A stretch of 60,587 bases of DNA, taken from Candidatus Methanomethylophilaceae archaeon (lineage in GTDB: Archaea > Thermoplasmatota > Thermoplasmata > Methanomassiliicoccales > Methanomethylophilaceae). The stretch's first letter is position 1. Each line of letters starts with the position of its first letter. The stretch spans positions 1 to 60,587 of the forward strand of contig CALUNK010000001.1 in assembly GCA_944321985.1 (NCBI GenBank), read 5' to 3'. This document shows positions 36,188-47,232 of this stretch, in pieces. Both the position numbers and the translations under genes were made by a program. The notes below the pieces were generated by a model. The model worked only from the letters and a program-made list of their open reading frames with translations, had not been told where the DNA came from and did not search any database.

Positions 36188-36231
36188 GATCTCCTCAACT
36201 CGGTACAGGCCCTGAGCCTATTTGGTATTTA

Positions 36232-39200
36232 TCAGGACCTTCTGATCACCACCATGAGTGTCGCCACAATCAGCGCCAGGACACCAACCACGATGCCGAC
36301 GGAAATCCCGTCTATCCTGCCGCCTCCCTCTGACGGTGGGTCCTCCGGAGCGGTTCCCGAGCCTCCTTCATCATCTGAGGGGCTGTCCGAATCGCCGATG
36401 CCAGGCCGGACGCCAGATTCGTCGTTCCCCGAGGATCCATCGGGTCCTTCCGATCCGTCTCCTCCACCGTCCTGATCGCTGTCGGAGCCGTCATCGGGAG
36501 ACGAGGGGGTGTCATGGGAACCGCCAGGTCTGATCCCCCCATCATCCCCGTCCCCTTCGGGATCGCCGGGATTGGACGCGTCGCCCCCTCCGTCGGGCTC
36601 CTCCACGGTCCAAACGGCGTATAGCGTCGTGTTCTCCACAGGGATGAAGGCCTCGTCCTGGGCGTATGTCGCCGAACCCCCTGAGGTCAGTGACCATCCG
36701 CAGAATGTGTATCCATCCATGATGCCGGGATCGACGTCAAGGATACAACCCTCGCCAGCCTTAACGGTCTTCGTCGAAACGGTCTCGCCATTGGAGACGA
36801 AGGTCACCTCGTATAGGACGAAATCCCTCCAGACAGCGGTGAGGGTGATGTCCTCCGTCAGGGCGAAGCAGTCACCGAGCGAGTATGTGTTCTCCCCATC
36901 GGTCCATCCCATGAATTCGGAGGTTTCAGTGTCTTCGAGGTCGGGACAGGTGATTTCGAACTCCGAGTTATCCCATCCCTGGAACTCGGCGATGACATCA
37001 GTGCCGTCCATGAAAGTAACGGTAAACTTGGCCGCCTGCATCCATCTTGTGGTCAGGACGAGGTCCGACCCAACCTCGATTCTGTCCCCGCGGATGTACA
37101 AGCAACCATCGGAACCACTCCATCCGGCGAAGGCCATCCCGTCCCTTACAGGATCCTCCATGGATATCTCGAACTCCACTCCCTCGGTGGAACTGTAGGT
37201 TCCGAGGACGAGCTCGCCGTCCATGAACGTGATCGTGAATACATACGGCTGTCTCCAGACCGCGGTGAGTGTGAGGTCCCCCACCATCTCGACGGTATCG
37301 CCGGACACATAGGCGTCCTCCCGGGAATCAGTCCAGTGGACGAAGACCATCCCCTCTCTGCCAGGGTCATCCGCGTCGATCTCGAGCACGGCCCCTGCTC
37401 TAGCTGAAACGGTGTGGAGTACGGCACCGTCCGAGACGAAGGTGAGGGTGTATACCGTGAACTCTTTCCAGATCGCGGTCAGCGTTACGTCGTCCGTGAG
37501 GACCAGGACGTCACCCGAGGAGTATTCTCCGTTCCCATCCGTCCAGCACAGGAAGTCCCTTTCGACCGAATCCTCTGGATCCTGCTGCGTTATCTCGAAT
37601 TCGGACCCCTCGATTCCAGACATCTCCGCGACGGTGTCACCGTCGACGACGAATCTTACGGTGAACTCGTAAGCGTCCCTCCACACTGCCTCCAGGGTGA
37701 GATCGTTCTCGAGGGCTGTGCTGTGCCCACTCCGGTACTCGTTTCCGTCTTCGTCAGTCCAGTGCAGGAATACCTTTCCCGGCAACATCGGATCGGTCTC
37801 AGTCACGGTGAAAACGGTCCCCTCCAGGATTCTGATAATGGAAATTACTTCGTCTCCGACCATGTACGTCACAGTGTACGTCTGCAGTGGCCTCCACTGA
37901 GCGGTCAGGGTCTTGTCCCCGTCCATCAGCACATCGTCTCCGAGGGCGTACGTCTCGCCGTCGCCGTCCATCCATCCTGTGAACATCATTCCTTCTCTGA
38001 CCGGATCTTCCAGCTGGATCTCCAGATGCGTGCCCTCGGTCCCGGTCACCATCATGAGCCTTTCGTTACCATCCATGTAGGTCAGCGTGTACTCGTAGAG
38101 CTGTCTCCACTGAGCGGACAATGTCAGGTCGGTTCCGAGAACGACCCGGTCCCCATCTCCGTACAGTCTTCCGTCGGATCCCATCCAACCGATGAAGACA
38201 CTGCCCTCCTTCCCGGGAATCTCGAAGTCGACTGTGAAAGTCTCCCCCTCCACCGCATCCGCGGTTCCCAGGACCGAGTTCCCGTCCTTGTAGGTCACGG
38301 TCAGATCCGCGGGCATTCTCCAGGATGCATACAGGACGGTGTCGGAGTTCACGGGCACGTCATCGCCATGGACGTACCTGTTTCCGAGGGAATCCGTCCA
38401 ATCCACGAAATACATCCCCTCCTTAGCGGGATCCTCCAATCCGATCGTGAACCCGATGCCCTCCACGGCCTCCGCTGTCGAAAGCACCATGTCCCCATCC
38501 TTGTAGGTGACGGTGTATACCTCGCGCTCATGATAGACGGCGGTGAGTCTGAGTGGTTCGTCGGTGGTTATGACATCTCCCACCAGAACGACGGTGCCGT
38601 CCTCCTTCACCCAATGATCGAATATCAGCTCATCCGTGTCATCGCAGGAGAGATCCACGGTGTAGGCGATCCCCTCGGTCTTGGAGTCTTCGCGATCCCC
38701 GTTCACTGGGTCGGCGAAGACGATCTCGTAGGTGTTCCTGGCCCTCCATTCAGCGGTCAGCGTCAGATCCGAGGTGACCTTCAGGGAGTCCCCGTTTGTG
38801 AGCCCTATCCCTCCGGGACCCGACCAGTGATCGAATATGAGGTCTGAAGTGGGTACAGGCACATCGATGGTGATGGTTCTGCCGTCGTAGCAAAACGCGT
38901 TGGCCCACGCCCTTCCGTCGACTTCGAAGACAATGTCGTGGAGCGTCCTCTCTTCGAACAGCGGTACGAGGGTCTTGTCCCCGTCCATGACTATTTCGTC
39001 GTCCGCGGCCAGCAGGGTCTTCCCGTCGAGGGACCATCCGATGAACCTCTGGGAGTCCTCTCCGTCTGTGACCACTGACTCATCCACAGTGGCGATGTGG
39101 TTGTGTGCGTACTCGGCAACCTTCAGCGTCGAGCCGTCCGTTCCTCTGTATGTGAGGCTGTGATAAACGGACGGGGTCCAGATACTGACCGCCCTGTGGT

Positions 39201-40461
39201 CCCTGTACGTCTCGATCCTGTCACCGGGACTGTAGGTCTTCCCTTCGACATGCCAGCCGGAGAAGGTGTATCCCTCCAGGTCGCCGATATCAGGGTACAC
39301 GTCGCCGTAGGTGAACACCATCCTCTTCTCCAGTCCGGATGTGTCCGCATAGTCCGAGATTCCAGAATGGTCGAGTTCCAGGTACGCATTCCCGAAGACC
39401 GGGACGAGGTTGATTGATCCCCCGGTCTCAATGAGGGTCTCCCTGTCTATCTGGGTGAAGGTGCCGTCCAGGCCCTCGATCTCCCAGTGGATAAACTGAA
39501 GTTCGCCCAGCACTGGGGTTTCAAGCTTGAGGGATTCGGTTCCCGGTTCGAGGACCACCTCGGACGGGACGATCCCCAGGCCATCGGGGTATCTGACAAT
39601 GGCATCGGTGGGTGACATCCTGTAGTCCGTACCTTCGACGGTATCGAACGAGAACAGGAAATCCTTGTTCTCCTTGTCTTCGACCACATCTATTTTCACC
39701 TTCATCCCCTGATCGTCGTACACTTCGAGAAACTCGAGATCGTCCATCACGAACGTCATCCTGCCGTTGATGCAGTATGCGGACTTGTAGAAGTCCTTCG
39801 AGCCGTCGAATAATATCCTGTCTACGCCGTATGCGCTGACGTCCTGATCGGATGTCACAATCTGGAGGGTCAGGTCGCTACCCGTGAATGCATCGGCATC
39901 GAGGGATCCTATGTTCCTCAGATCCAGGCATTCGATGCCACTGTTCATGAACACGCCGTCTCCCAGTGCTGTGACCGATGTCGCATTCAGATCGATGACT
40001 TTCAGATTGTCACAGTCTCTGAACGCGTTATCCCCTATCTTCACCAACGGAGTTTCGAAGTAGCACGATTCGATTCCGGACCCTCTGAACGCATTCTCTC
40101 CGATGGTTTTGATCCCGGGGGCGTCCACGACGGTCAGGTTGGTCATGTTCTCGAAAGCACCGTTGCCGATTTTACTCACAGTTCCGGAAAAGTAGACCTT
40201 CTCGACTGACGTACAACCTCTGAAAGCGTTGTCCGCCAGGGTCGTCGAGACGCTGCCTATGACGTATATGTTCTTGTGCCCAGCCAACGAGCTGTTGGTG
40301 TGGGTGCTGTTAGCGTGCACCACATAGAAATCCTCGCCACCGATTTTGACTATGTCTCCCTCCTCGAGCGGAGTGACGCTCGCATCCGATCCCGGACTGT
40401 CCGAAACGAACACGAACGCCATCACCAGCATCAGGAAGGCGAGACTGGTGGCCATTACCAT
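36232..40461 (-). CDS. Adhesin-like surface protein: BspA-type LRR region, many Listeria-Bacteroides repeats, C-terminal TM anchor
   Basis: Signal peptide; IGENAF-type LRRs; ~70-aa YTVTY...F.HW...LTLTAVW repeats; acidic linker, TM helix, RR. Confidence 0.88.
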   Translation of the reverse strand: MVMATSLAFLMLVMAFVFVSDSPGSDASVTPLEEGDIVKIGGEDFYVVHANSTHTNSSLAGHKNIYVIGSVSTTLADNAFRGCTSVEKVYFSGTVSKIGNGAFENMTNLTVVDAPGIKTIGENAFRGSGIESCYFETPLVKIGDNAFRDCDNLKVIDLNATSVTALGDGVFMNSGIECLDLRNIGSLDADAFTGSDLTLQIVTSDQDVSAYGVDRILFDGSKDFYKSAYCINGRMTFVMDDLEFLEVYDDQGMKVKIDVVEDKENKDFLFSFDTVEGTDYRMSPTDAIVRYPDGLGIVPSEVVLEPGTESLKLETPVLGELQFIHWEIEGLDGTFTQIDRETLIETGGSINLVPVFGNAYLELDHSGISDYADTSGLEKRMVFTYGDVYPDIGDLEGYTFSGWHVEGKTYSPGDRIETYRDHRAVSIWTPSVYHSLTYRGTDGSTLKVAEYAHNHIATVDESVVTDGEDSQRFIGWSLDGKTLLAADDEIVMDGDKTLVPLFEERTLHDIVFEVDGRAWANAFCYDGRTITIDVPVPTSDLIFDHWSGPGGIGLTNGDSLKVTSDLTLTAEWRARNTYEIVFADPVNGDREDSKTEGIAYTVDLSCDDTDELIFDHWVKEDGTVVLVGDVITTDEPLRLTAVYHEREVYTVTYKDGDMVLSTAEAVEGIGFTIGLEDPAKEGMYFVDWTDSLGNRYVHGDDVPVNSDTVLYASWRMPADLTVTYKDGNSVLGTADAVEGETFTVDFEIPGKEGSVFIGWMGSDGRLYGDGDRVVLGTDLTLSAQWRQLYEYTLTYMDGNERLMMVTGTEGTHLEIQLEDPVREGMMFTGWMDGDGETYALGDDVLMDGDKTLTAQWRPLQTYTVTYMVGDEVISIIRILEGTVFTVTETDPMLPGKVFLHWTDEDGNEYRSGHSTALENDLTLEAVWRDAYEFTVRFVVDGDTVAEMSGIEGSEFEITQQDPEDSVERDFLCWTDGNGEYSSGDVLVLTDDVTLTAIWKEFTVYTLTFVSDGAVLHTVSARAGAVLEIDADDPGREGMVFVHWTDSREDAYVSGDTVEMVGDLTLTAVWRQPYVFTITFMDGELVLGTYSSTEGVEFEISMEDPVRDGMAFAGWSGSDGCLYIRGDRIEVGSDLVLTTRWMQAAKFTVTFMDGTDVIAEFQGWDNSEFEITCPDLEDTETSEFMGWTDGENTYSLGDCFALTEDITLTAVWRDFVLYEVTFVSNGETVSTKTVKAGEGCILDVDPGIMDGYTFCGWSLTSGGSATYAQDEAFIPVENTTLYAVWTVEEPDGGGDASNPGDPEGDGDDGGIRPGGSHDTPSSPDDGSDSDQDGGGDGSEGPDGSSGNDESGVRPGIGDSDSPSDDEGGSGTAPEDPPSEGGGRIDGISVGIVVGVLALIVATLMVVIRRS

Positions 40462-40686
40462 TTTATTCGTTTAATCACCCGCTGCGACCGTTAGCACGGT
40501 CCGCGGAGTGTCATTCCTCCTCGTCTTATTTCACTGAGGTGCTGTTCACTAGCGAGATTAAACCTAAGACCGCATCATTTCGACGTTTGTTGAAGGGAGT
40601 TTCATCCGCATCATGATCAGTGACGTGGGTCTACGCACGTCATATTAAATACGGAAATAGCATCTGGCACATAGGATGGGATTGCA

Positions 40687-40941
40687 ATGAAGCTGAGATT
40701 CCTCAGGTTACGGGACGGTGTAGAGAAGCCCCGTTCCGACCGTCCGAGGTATGTCTCCTCTCTTCAGAAGGACGTTCAGAAATACACGGGGTGGACGGAG
40801 GACAACGTGAAGTCCGACTACAGGGCTTCGAAGTCCGTCCACACGATAATGATGTTGGGGTACATGGAGTACTCTGACGGAATTCTGGTGCTGACCAAGA
40901 AGGGAAGGATGCTGATGCAGAACGTCACAGTATCTGTATGA
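40687..40941 (+). CDS. Small hypothetical protein (wHTH-like C-terminus)
   Basis: LGYMEY...LVLTKKGR; TATTAAAT upstream. Confidence 0.55.
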   Translation: MKLRFLRLRDGVEKPRSDRPRYVSSLQKDVQKYTGWTEDNVKSDYRASKSVHTIMMLGYMEYSDGILVLTKKGRMLMQNVTVSV

Positions 40942-41011
40942 GCGACCAACGATTGAGATCCAAAGGGTAAAAGGTTGTTCGCGGAGGCCGAGTTCGGCCC
41001 CCGCTTTCCAG

Positions 41012-42277
41012 TCAGTCCAGCGTAGCCTTTCTGTACAGCGACAGGTCGGCACCCAGGGGGATCGTGGCATCGTAGCCGACCTTCCATGTGGTCTTGCCGT
41101 GGGAGCTCGGATCCAGCGAGGAGCCAGCCGCTCCGGGGATCATGAGGATCCTGTCGGCTTGCATCCTGGTTGCGACAGCCCATTCGACCTCCCTGTCGTC
41201 GAAGATGTCGATGTCGTCATCCACGATGATGACCTGCTTCATGGACGGATGTCCGGTGAACGCCGCCATTATCGCGTTAACCCCGTCGCCCTCCTTGTTC
41301 TTGGCGATGGACACTACTCCGTTGAGCCAGCAGCACCCGCCCTCGGTCAGTCTCACGTTCCTGACCCTGGGGACCGCCTGTCTTACGGTCTTCAGGATCA
41401 TGGGTTCTCTGGGAAGGCCCATGAGCATGTAGTGCTCCCACCCTCCAGGAAGAAGGACATGGAACATCGGATCCTTCCTGGACCAGATGCGGTCGATCTC
41501 GATGACAGGCTGCTGTCTCTCGAAGTCGTAGGTTCCGGTGATGTCGACGAACGGCCCCTCCTTGGTCTCCTCCAAGGTGATCCTCCCCTCGAGCACGTAA
41601 TCCGTGTCCGCTGGGACGAGCAGACCGTTGTCGCATCTGCCCACCTTGAGCGGTGTGCCGTGCCCCTTCCTGAACATGGAGGAGGCAACCTCCAGCTCGT
41701 CGGCACCGAAGTCCATGGAGGTGGCGGCGGCGAGAAGGACCTCGGCTCTAGCTCCGACGCAAATGGAGATCCTCAGCTCTTCTCCGTTCTTCTTAGCCAT
41801 GTTGTAGATGGTGAAGAGGTGCCTGGGAACGAGCCTGACGGCTATGTGGTTGCGGTCCATTATCATCATCCTGTGGAAGGAGACGTTCTTGGTCCCGTTA
41901 TAGTCCGTCACGATTACACCGGATGTGATGTAGCGACCGCCATCCTCGGGGAAGTACTTGGGTATCGGCAGCTTCATCAGGTCCAGATCCGCAGAGACCT
42001 CTCTGAATTCGGGGGTGTCCGTGATTTCGCAGGGTTCGGGACTGGTGATGGCGTGCAGGAGGTGCTCCACGATTCCGTCTTTGGGGACGTTGAGGGCTGT
42101 GGCAATCTTCTCTCTTGTGGAGAACAGGTTCCCCACGGCCCTTCCTCCGTTCAGATCTTCGAACACGACCGTCTTCGATTGGTCCTCTATGAGCTTCCTG
42201 GTGACGTCACGGGTGTCGGGGTCAACATTGCCTTGGACGGTCACGACGTCTCCGGAGATGGATTCTTTGACTGACAT
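41012..42277 (-). CDS. UbiD-family decarboxylase (possibly anhydromevalonate-phosphate decarboxylase)
   Basis: DGGRYI, EGPFVDITGTYD, VDDDIDIFD and WAVATR; start trimmed to MSVKES. Confidence 0.88.
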   Translation of the reverse strand: MSVKESISGDVVTVQGNVDPDTRDVTRKLIEDQSKTVVFEDLNGGRAVGNLFSTREKIATALNVPKDGIVEHLLHAITSPEPCEITDTPEFREVSADLDLMKLPIPKYFPEDGGRYITSGVIVTDYNGTKNVSFHRMMIMDRNHIAVRLVPRHLFTIYNMAKKNGEELRISICVGARAEVLLAAATSMDFGADELEVASSMFRKGHGTPLKVGRCDNGLLVPADTDYVLEGRITLEETKEGPFVDITGTYDFERQQPVIEIDRIWSRKDPMFHVLLPGGWEHYMLMGLPREPMILKTVRQAVPRVRNVRLTEGGCCWLNGVVSIAKNKEGDGVNAIMAAFTGHPSMKQVIIVDDDIDIFDDREVEWAVATRMQADRILMIPGAAGSSLDPSSHGKTTWKVGYDATIPLGADLSLYRKATLD

Positions 42278-42633
42278 GAGCACCCGTAGCCCTTCTAGGG
42301 GTTTGTAGCTTTGGGGGCTCCGGGGGATCGTCCGGGTATGTAATCGTCCCGAATCCTGCTGAGAGGTGCAGGTGGTGCCGAATCTCTGTTGGCGGATCCC
42401 GATGTCGTTACGGCAGCATGTTTCGACCGCCATTCCATTTGTTTTTTCTTCGACACAACCCGGGAGGGGTGATGGCTCCGTCCATCCAGAGAACTGATAT
42501 TCCAAGCATCATGTCAGATGCCGTCTACGTACGTCTCGGGGAAGGCACAGTCCTACACCGTCATTCCCTGACGCCTGAGGGATCTGCCCGAACGAATCGG
42601 CAATCGTCAACAGTAAACCGACGGCCGCAGAAC

Positions 42634-44559
42634 TCAGAACATCTGCAGCAGAATGTTCGTGGCTGTACCGAGCAGGATTGCGACGACTATTGACATCACG
42701 CTGACGCCGATGGTCTCCTTCCAGCCGATCTCCCTCCACATCGTGATGAGCGTGGCCACACAGGGCATGTAAACCGCCATGACCACTCCGAACACGACGA
42801 ACTGGTCAGGCGTCATGAACTGCTCCAGGGCTAATCCTCCGGCGAGGATCTGCAACATCCCGAGAGCCATCTCCTTCCTCAAAATCCCGACTATGAATGC
42901 GATGGCGCAGACCGCAGGAAGGCCGAGCATCCCAACGATGACGGGTGAAAGCGGATCGACTATGACATTGAGCAGGTCGTACTGGAGCAGGACCTCCACC
43001 ACTATCGAGCCTATTATCAGCAGAGGGAATGCGATGTAGAAGAAGTCCTTGATTCTGTACCAGGTCTTGAACAGGACGTTCTTGGCGCTGGGGACCTGTA
43101 GGTCCGGAAGCTCCATTGCCAGGCTGCTGGGCTCGTACTTCATGAACTTGTTCATCAGGATCCCGGTGATCACCGCCAGACACACCAGCATGACGAGTAT
43201 GCCGAAGGCGTATATCACGCCGGAGTAGCTGCCTGTGGCGCCCATGATTATCGCCATCTGGGCCGAACACGGCACAGCCATGACGATCATCGATGACAGG
43301 ATGACCTTCTCCCTGCGGGACTGCACCGTGCGCACAGCCATGATGGCGGGGACGTTGCATCCGAGCCCCACGATTATGGGGATGAATGACCCGCCGTGCA
43401 GTCCGAAATGATGCATGGTCCTGTCCAGCAGGACGACGGCCCTTGTCAGGTATCCCGAGTCCTCCAGGATGCCCAGGATGATGTAGAAGACCATGATGTA
43501 GGGTATGACCAGGGACATGATCGCCTGGATGCTACCGTCTATGCCTGTCAGGACGGCGGTCCAGAACTCGCTGCTGCCGCCGAGGTCTATAATCGCGGAT
43601 CCGACTACAGTTTCGTAAACAGAGGATACGACCTCGTCGAGGAACGAACCCACGTAGACTATCGTCGTGAGGATGGCCAGGCAGACAGCCAGGAGTATGG
43701 GAACCCCGGTGATGGGTGTAATCATCACGTCCGAGATCCTGTCGGCCAGTGACGGCTTCGTGTCGTTCTCCGAAACGACGTGGCTGACGATGCTCTCCGC
43801 CTCAGCGTACCTGGAGGTGGCGATATCGATGCCCAGGCCGTGGCCGGTGTTGTCTCTGTAGAGTTTCTTCATCACGGCGACGGTATGCTTCAGCTCCGTG
43901 CCGATCATGTCATAGAACGGTTCGGAGTCCTCCAGCAGCTTCACGGCCACCCCACGTTTGTTGAACCTGAGGCTGTCCGGAAGGCCGTCCTCCAGGGCGA
44001 CGATCGCCTTCTCGATGTCCGGCAAGTACTCGATTTTGAACCCGGATGTTCTCGCCCTGCCTTCGCAGACGGCGTCAGCCAGCGCGTCCACCCCCTCCGA
44101 GGTCTTGGAGGATACGGGCATCACAGGAACACCGAGGATCTCCGAGAGGGCGTCGATGTCGATGTTGTTCCTCTTTCTCGCCTCGTCCATCTTCGTGAGG
44201 GCGATAATGGTTGGCAGGCCTAGCTCGAGGGTCTCGAAACACAGGGCCAGGCTGCTGACGAGGTTGGTCGCATCCGCGACCAGGATCACTGTGTCGTTGC
44301 GACCTTCCCATAGGTCTCTGAGGACGACCTTCTCGTCGTCCGAGTTGCCCGACATGCTGTATGTTCCGGGGAGGTCGTGTACGCTGACGGTCTTGCCTTT
44401 CCTCGTCACAACCCCCTCGTCGAACTCGACAGTCGTTCCCGGGTAGTTGGAGGATATGACCCCAACGCCCGTCAAACGTGTGAAGAGGGACGACTTGCCC
44501 ACGTTGGGCTGCCCTACGAGGGCGACTTTGAACGTTTTCCCGTTTGCCAAGGGGTTCAC
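42634..44559 (-). CDS. feoB: Ferrous iron transporter B
   Basis: GQPNVGKS, NYPGTT, DLPG and GLGCNVPA motifs; multiple TM helices. Confidence 0.95.
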   Translation of the reverse strand: MNPLANGKTFKVALVGQPNVGKSSLFTRLTGVGVISSNYPGTTVEFDEGVVTRKGKTVSVHDLPGTYSMSGNSDDEKVVLRDLWEGRNDTVILVADATNLVSSLALCFETLELGLPTIIALTKMDEARKRNNIDIDALSEILGVPVMPVSSKTSEGVDALADAVCEGRARTSGFKIEYLPDIEKAIVALEDGLPDSLRFNKRGVAVKLLEDSEPFYDMIGTELKHTVAVMKKLYRDNTGHGLGIDIATSRYAEAESIVSHVVSENDTKPSLADRISDVMITPITGVPILLAVCLAILTTIVYVGSFLDEVVSSVYETVVGSAIIDLGGSSEFWTAVLTGIDGSIQAIMSLVIPYIMVFYIILGILEDSGYLTRAVVLLDRTMHHFGLHGGSFIPIIVGLGCNVPAIMAVRTVQSRREKVILSSMIVMAVPCSAQMAIIMGATGSYSGVIYAFGILVMLVCLAVITGILMNKFMKYEPSSLAMELPDLQVPSAKNVLFKTWYRIKDFFYIAFPLLIIGSIVVEVLLQYDLLNVIVDPLSPVIVGMLGLPAVCAIAFIVGILRKEMALGMLQILAGGLALEQFMTPDQFVVFGVVMAVYMPCVATLITMWREIGWKETIGVSVMSIVVAILLGTATNILLQMF

Positions 44560-44562
44560 TCA

Positions 44563-45237
44563 TCAGAATTGTTCAGACTCTGCGGCAGTGTCGACGAAGA
44601 TGTGGGAGGCAAGGTGGTAGTCCAGGGCCATGGTGGCGTTACCCATCCTGACGATGCGGGGTCCGCCATCGGACAGTATCGTCTCTATGGAGATCTCACG
44701 TCCTGGTACGAAGCCCATGGATATGAGCCTCTTGACTACTTCCGTGTCGTCAGATGTGATGTGGGAGATCCTTCCGGATTCGCTCTGTGCCAGCTTGTTC
44801 AGGGGTGTTATTCTCGTGACACCTTCGGAAACGGCCTTGCAGGGTTTTTTGCAGCTTTGACAATCCGAATCCACGGGAGTGCCCATCATGTGGCACATCT
44901 TTATCGCGGATTCGTCGGAGATTGCGTGTTCCATCCTGCAGGCTTCTTCGTGTGCGGTCTTGTGGTCGATGTTGAGGTAGTCGGTGAGGAACCTTTCCAG
45001 GACATGGTGCTTCTTGCGGAGCTGTCTGGCATAGGTGAGTCCCTCCTCAGTGAGGGAGACCCCTTTGTACTTCTCATAGTTGACAAGACCTTCCTTCGCA
45101 AGGACCTTGATCATCTCGCTGACGCTTGCCGGGGAGACATTCATGTACGTAGCAAGCTCGGTGGTCTTGGCCACGCCTTCCCCCTCAGTCAGCCTGAGTA
45201 TATTGATAAGATAGTCCTCGCGGTTTCCTGTAGTCAT
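44563..45237 (-). CDS. DtxR/MntR-family metal-dependent repressor with a C-terminal FeoA domain
   Basis: EDYL, VSPASVSEM, KHHVLERFL, EACRMEH and RLISMGFVPG. Confidence 0.92.
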   Translation of the reverse strand: MTTGNREDYLINILRLTEGEGVAKTTELATYMNVSPASVSEMIKVLAKEGLVNYEKYKGVSLTEEGLTYARQLRKKHHVLERFLTDYLNIDHKTAHEEACRMEHAISDESAIKMCHMMGTPVDSDCQSCKKPCKAVSEGVTRITPLNKLAQSESGRISHITSDDTEVVKRLISMGFVPGREISIETILSDGGPRIVRMGNATMALDYHLASHIFVDTAAESEQF

Positions 45238-45247
45238 TGTTCCATCA

Positions 45248-45283
45248 TTAAGGCATTCCTATTTATAGTTAAGGTCAACCTAA
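45248..45283. promoter_or_regulatory. Two DtxR-like operator boxes flanking the TATA box of the dtxR-feoB operon
   Basis: TTAAGGCATTCCTAT (45248) and TTAAGGTCAACCTAA (45269), 21 bp apart, around TATAAATA. Confidence 0.55.
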
Positions 45284-45651
45284 TCTTAAAAGAAGGAAAC
45301 GTCCTGAAATCGATATGCTGGCTTATGCCCCTAACGTGTAGGTAGGTCGCTTCCCCATGCGGTGCAGGGGACGTTTTCCGGAGTGGTGTACGGTTTGGGA
45401 GGGCTGGGCTGGGTCACGGTCGGAAACCGTATTACAAATCGTCACAAGTCGGGTGTGTCGTGGAATTAACGGTGAGAATGCAGGAGTATGTAGCAATCAA
45501 ATAATTGTGATTGCGGGTTGCATTCATGCGGAACATGGCTTGCAGTCATGGGCGTGGGTTCATTGCCGACCGCGCATAAGAAAGACATCCTGAAGCATCC
45601 AGGGACTAACTGGTTTGAGACGGGGGAGTACCCCGTCGATTGGTTGCGAGC

Positions 45652-45933
45652 TCATTCTTCTTTCTTGCCGAGTTTCTCTTTATCAGCCTTAAGCTCGGCG
45701 ATTTTCATCTCACATTTCTTGATGTCCTCGTAGATTCCGGAGATGTCGGCGTCGACAGCCTCCTTACCGGACCTGAGGGCCTCCAGGACCTTGTCTCCGA
45801 TCTGCTTGGTGAACTCCTCTATGGACTTCTCCTGTTTGCGGATCTCGCTGTCGATCTTTTCCTTGTCGATGGCGTTGCCCAGTTTCTCGTCAGCGCTTTT
45901 CACAGAGTCCTTGACCTTGTCCATGATTCCCAT
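45652..45933 (-). CDS. Small Lys/Glu-rich coiled-coil hypothetical protein
   Basis: MGIMDKVK start; follows glyA. Confidence 0.7.
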   Translation of the reverse strand: MGIMDKVKDSVKSADEKLGNAIDKEKIDSEIRKQEKSIEEFTKQIGDKVLEALRSGKEAVDADISGIYEDIKKCEMKIAELKADKEKLGKKEE

Positions 45934-45948
45934 TTTTGACACCCCGTT

Positions 45949-47232
45949 TCACTCGACCAGTTTGTGGTACCCGTATGCGGGTTCGCCAGCGTTGAAGCAG
46001 TACTGGATCGTTGTGAACTGCTTCTTGAATGCTTTTACGTCTTCTTTAACCTTGACCGGGTTTTCCTTCTTGACGACGACTCTCGCAATGAACTCGGCGA
46101 CCTGCTTCATGTCAGATTCCTTCATCCCAATCCTGGTCATCTCCTGGGATCCGAGTCTGAGTCCAGAGGGCCTCACGGAGCTGACATCTTTCGGCAACAT
46201 GTTCTTGTTGCAGATGATGTTCGCATCTTCGAGTGCTTTGGCGCAGTCCTTGCCGCCTCCGAACTGTCCGACGTCGACGGCGATGGCATGGGACCTAGTG
46301 AATCCGAGGTCGGGACACAGGACGGGGACGCCGAGTTCGTAGAGGGATTCTCCGAGGGCCCTGGCGTTCTTGCATGCCTGGGAAGCATACTCCTTTCCAA
46401 AGACGTCCATCTCGGCAAGGGTTATACCGAGGGCGGCCATAGCGTGGAGGTGATGGCTAGACGTCACTCCGGGGAAGACTGCCTTCTGCAGCTTCTTCTC
46501 CTGCTCGTCGGTGAGGTTCTGTCCGAGGAGAAGTCCGTGGTTGGGTCCCGGGAACGTCTTGTGGGTGGACGACGACACGACGTTGACGCCCTCCCTCAGC
46601 GGGTCGTGGAACTGTCCTCCGGCGATGAGGCCGAGGACGTGAGCGCAATCCTCCCAGACGAGACATCCAATCTCGTTGAACGTGTCCTGGAGCTCCTTGA
46701 GCGGTGGGGGGAACAGGAACACGGACAGTCCGAACTGGGCGACCTTGGGTTTGACCTCCTTCAGGAGCTTGATCGTGCCGTCGACGTCCAGGTTCATGTC
46801 ATGCTCGTTGAAGGGATAGTTGACGGAGTTCACTGCCCTCTGTCCGAAAGCGCCAAACTCGCAGGTGGAGATGTGCGCTCCCTGGGCAAGGGCGCAGGTG
46901 GTGATCGTGTCGCCGGGCTGGGCGAAAGCAAAAAGGACGGACATGTTGGCGACCGTACCTGAGATAGGTCTCACATCGGCGAACTGGGCGTCGAACACCT
47001 TCTTGGCAAGCTCGATGGTCTTGAGCTCGACCTCGTCCACATAGATGTTGCCCTGGTAGTAGCGTTTGCCCGGGAGTCCCTCTGCATACCTGTCGGCGAA
47101 GTCGGAGATGAGCATCTCCTTGGCCAGCGGGCTCATCAGATTCTCGGATGCGATCATGGGGATGCACTCCTCGAACCACTTGTTGTGGGCCATGACCTTG
47201 TCGCGGATGAATTTGGCGTCTTCCTGTGCCAT
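45949..47232 (-). CDS. glyA: Serine hydroxymethyltransferase (archaeal type)
   Basis: MIASEN, RYAEGLPGKRYYQG and STHKTFPGP. Confidence 0.96.
   Translation of the reverse strand: MAQEDAKFIRDKVMAHNKWFEECIPMIASENLMSPLAKEMLISDFADRYAEGLPGKRYYQGNIYVDEVELKTIELAKKVFDAQFADVRPISGTVANMSVLFAFAQPGDTITTCALAQGAHISTCEFGAFGQRAVNSVNYPFNEHDMNLDVDGTIKLLKEVKPKVAQFGLSVFLFPPPLKELQDTFNEIGCLVWEDCAHVLGLIAGGQFHDPLREGVNVVSSSTHKTFPGPNHGLLLGQNLTDEQEKKLQKAVFPGVTSSHHLHAMAALGITLAEMDVFGKEYASQACKNARALGESLYELGVPVLCPDLGFTRSHAIAVDVGQFGGGKDCAKALEDANIICNKNMLPKDVSSVRPSGLRLGSQEMTRIGMKESDMKQVAEFIARVVVKKENPVKVKEDVKAFKKQFTTIQYCFNAGEPAYGYHKLVE

Noticed and set aside
42300-42530. Riboswitch-like words (AGAGGTGC...GCCGAA; GGTGATGG...GATGCCGTCTAC) between ubiD and feoB
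   Set aside because: The required stems of lysine or fluoride riboswitches do not pair, and no appropriate gene lies downstream on that strand.
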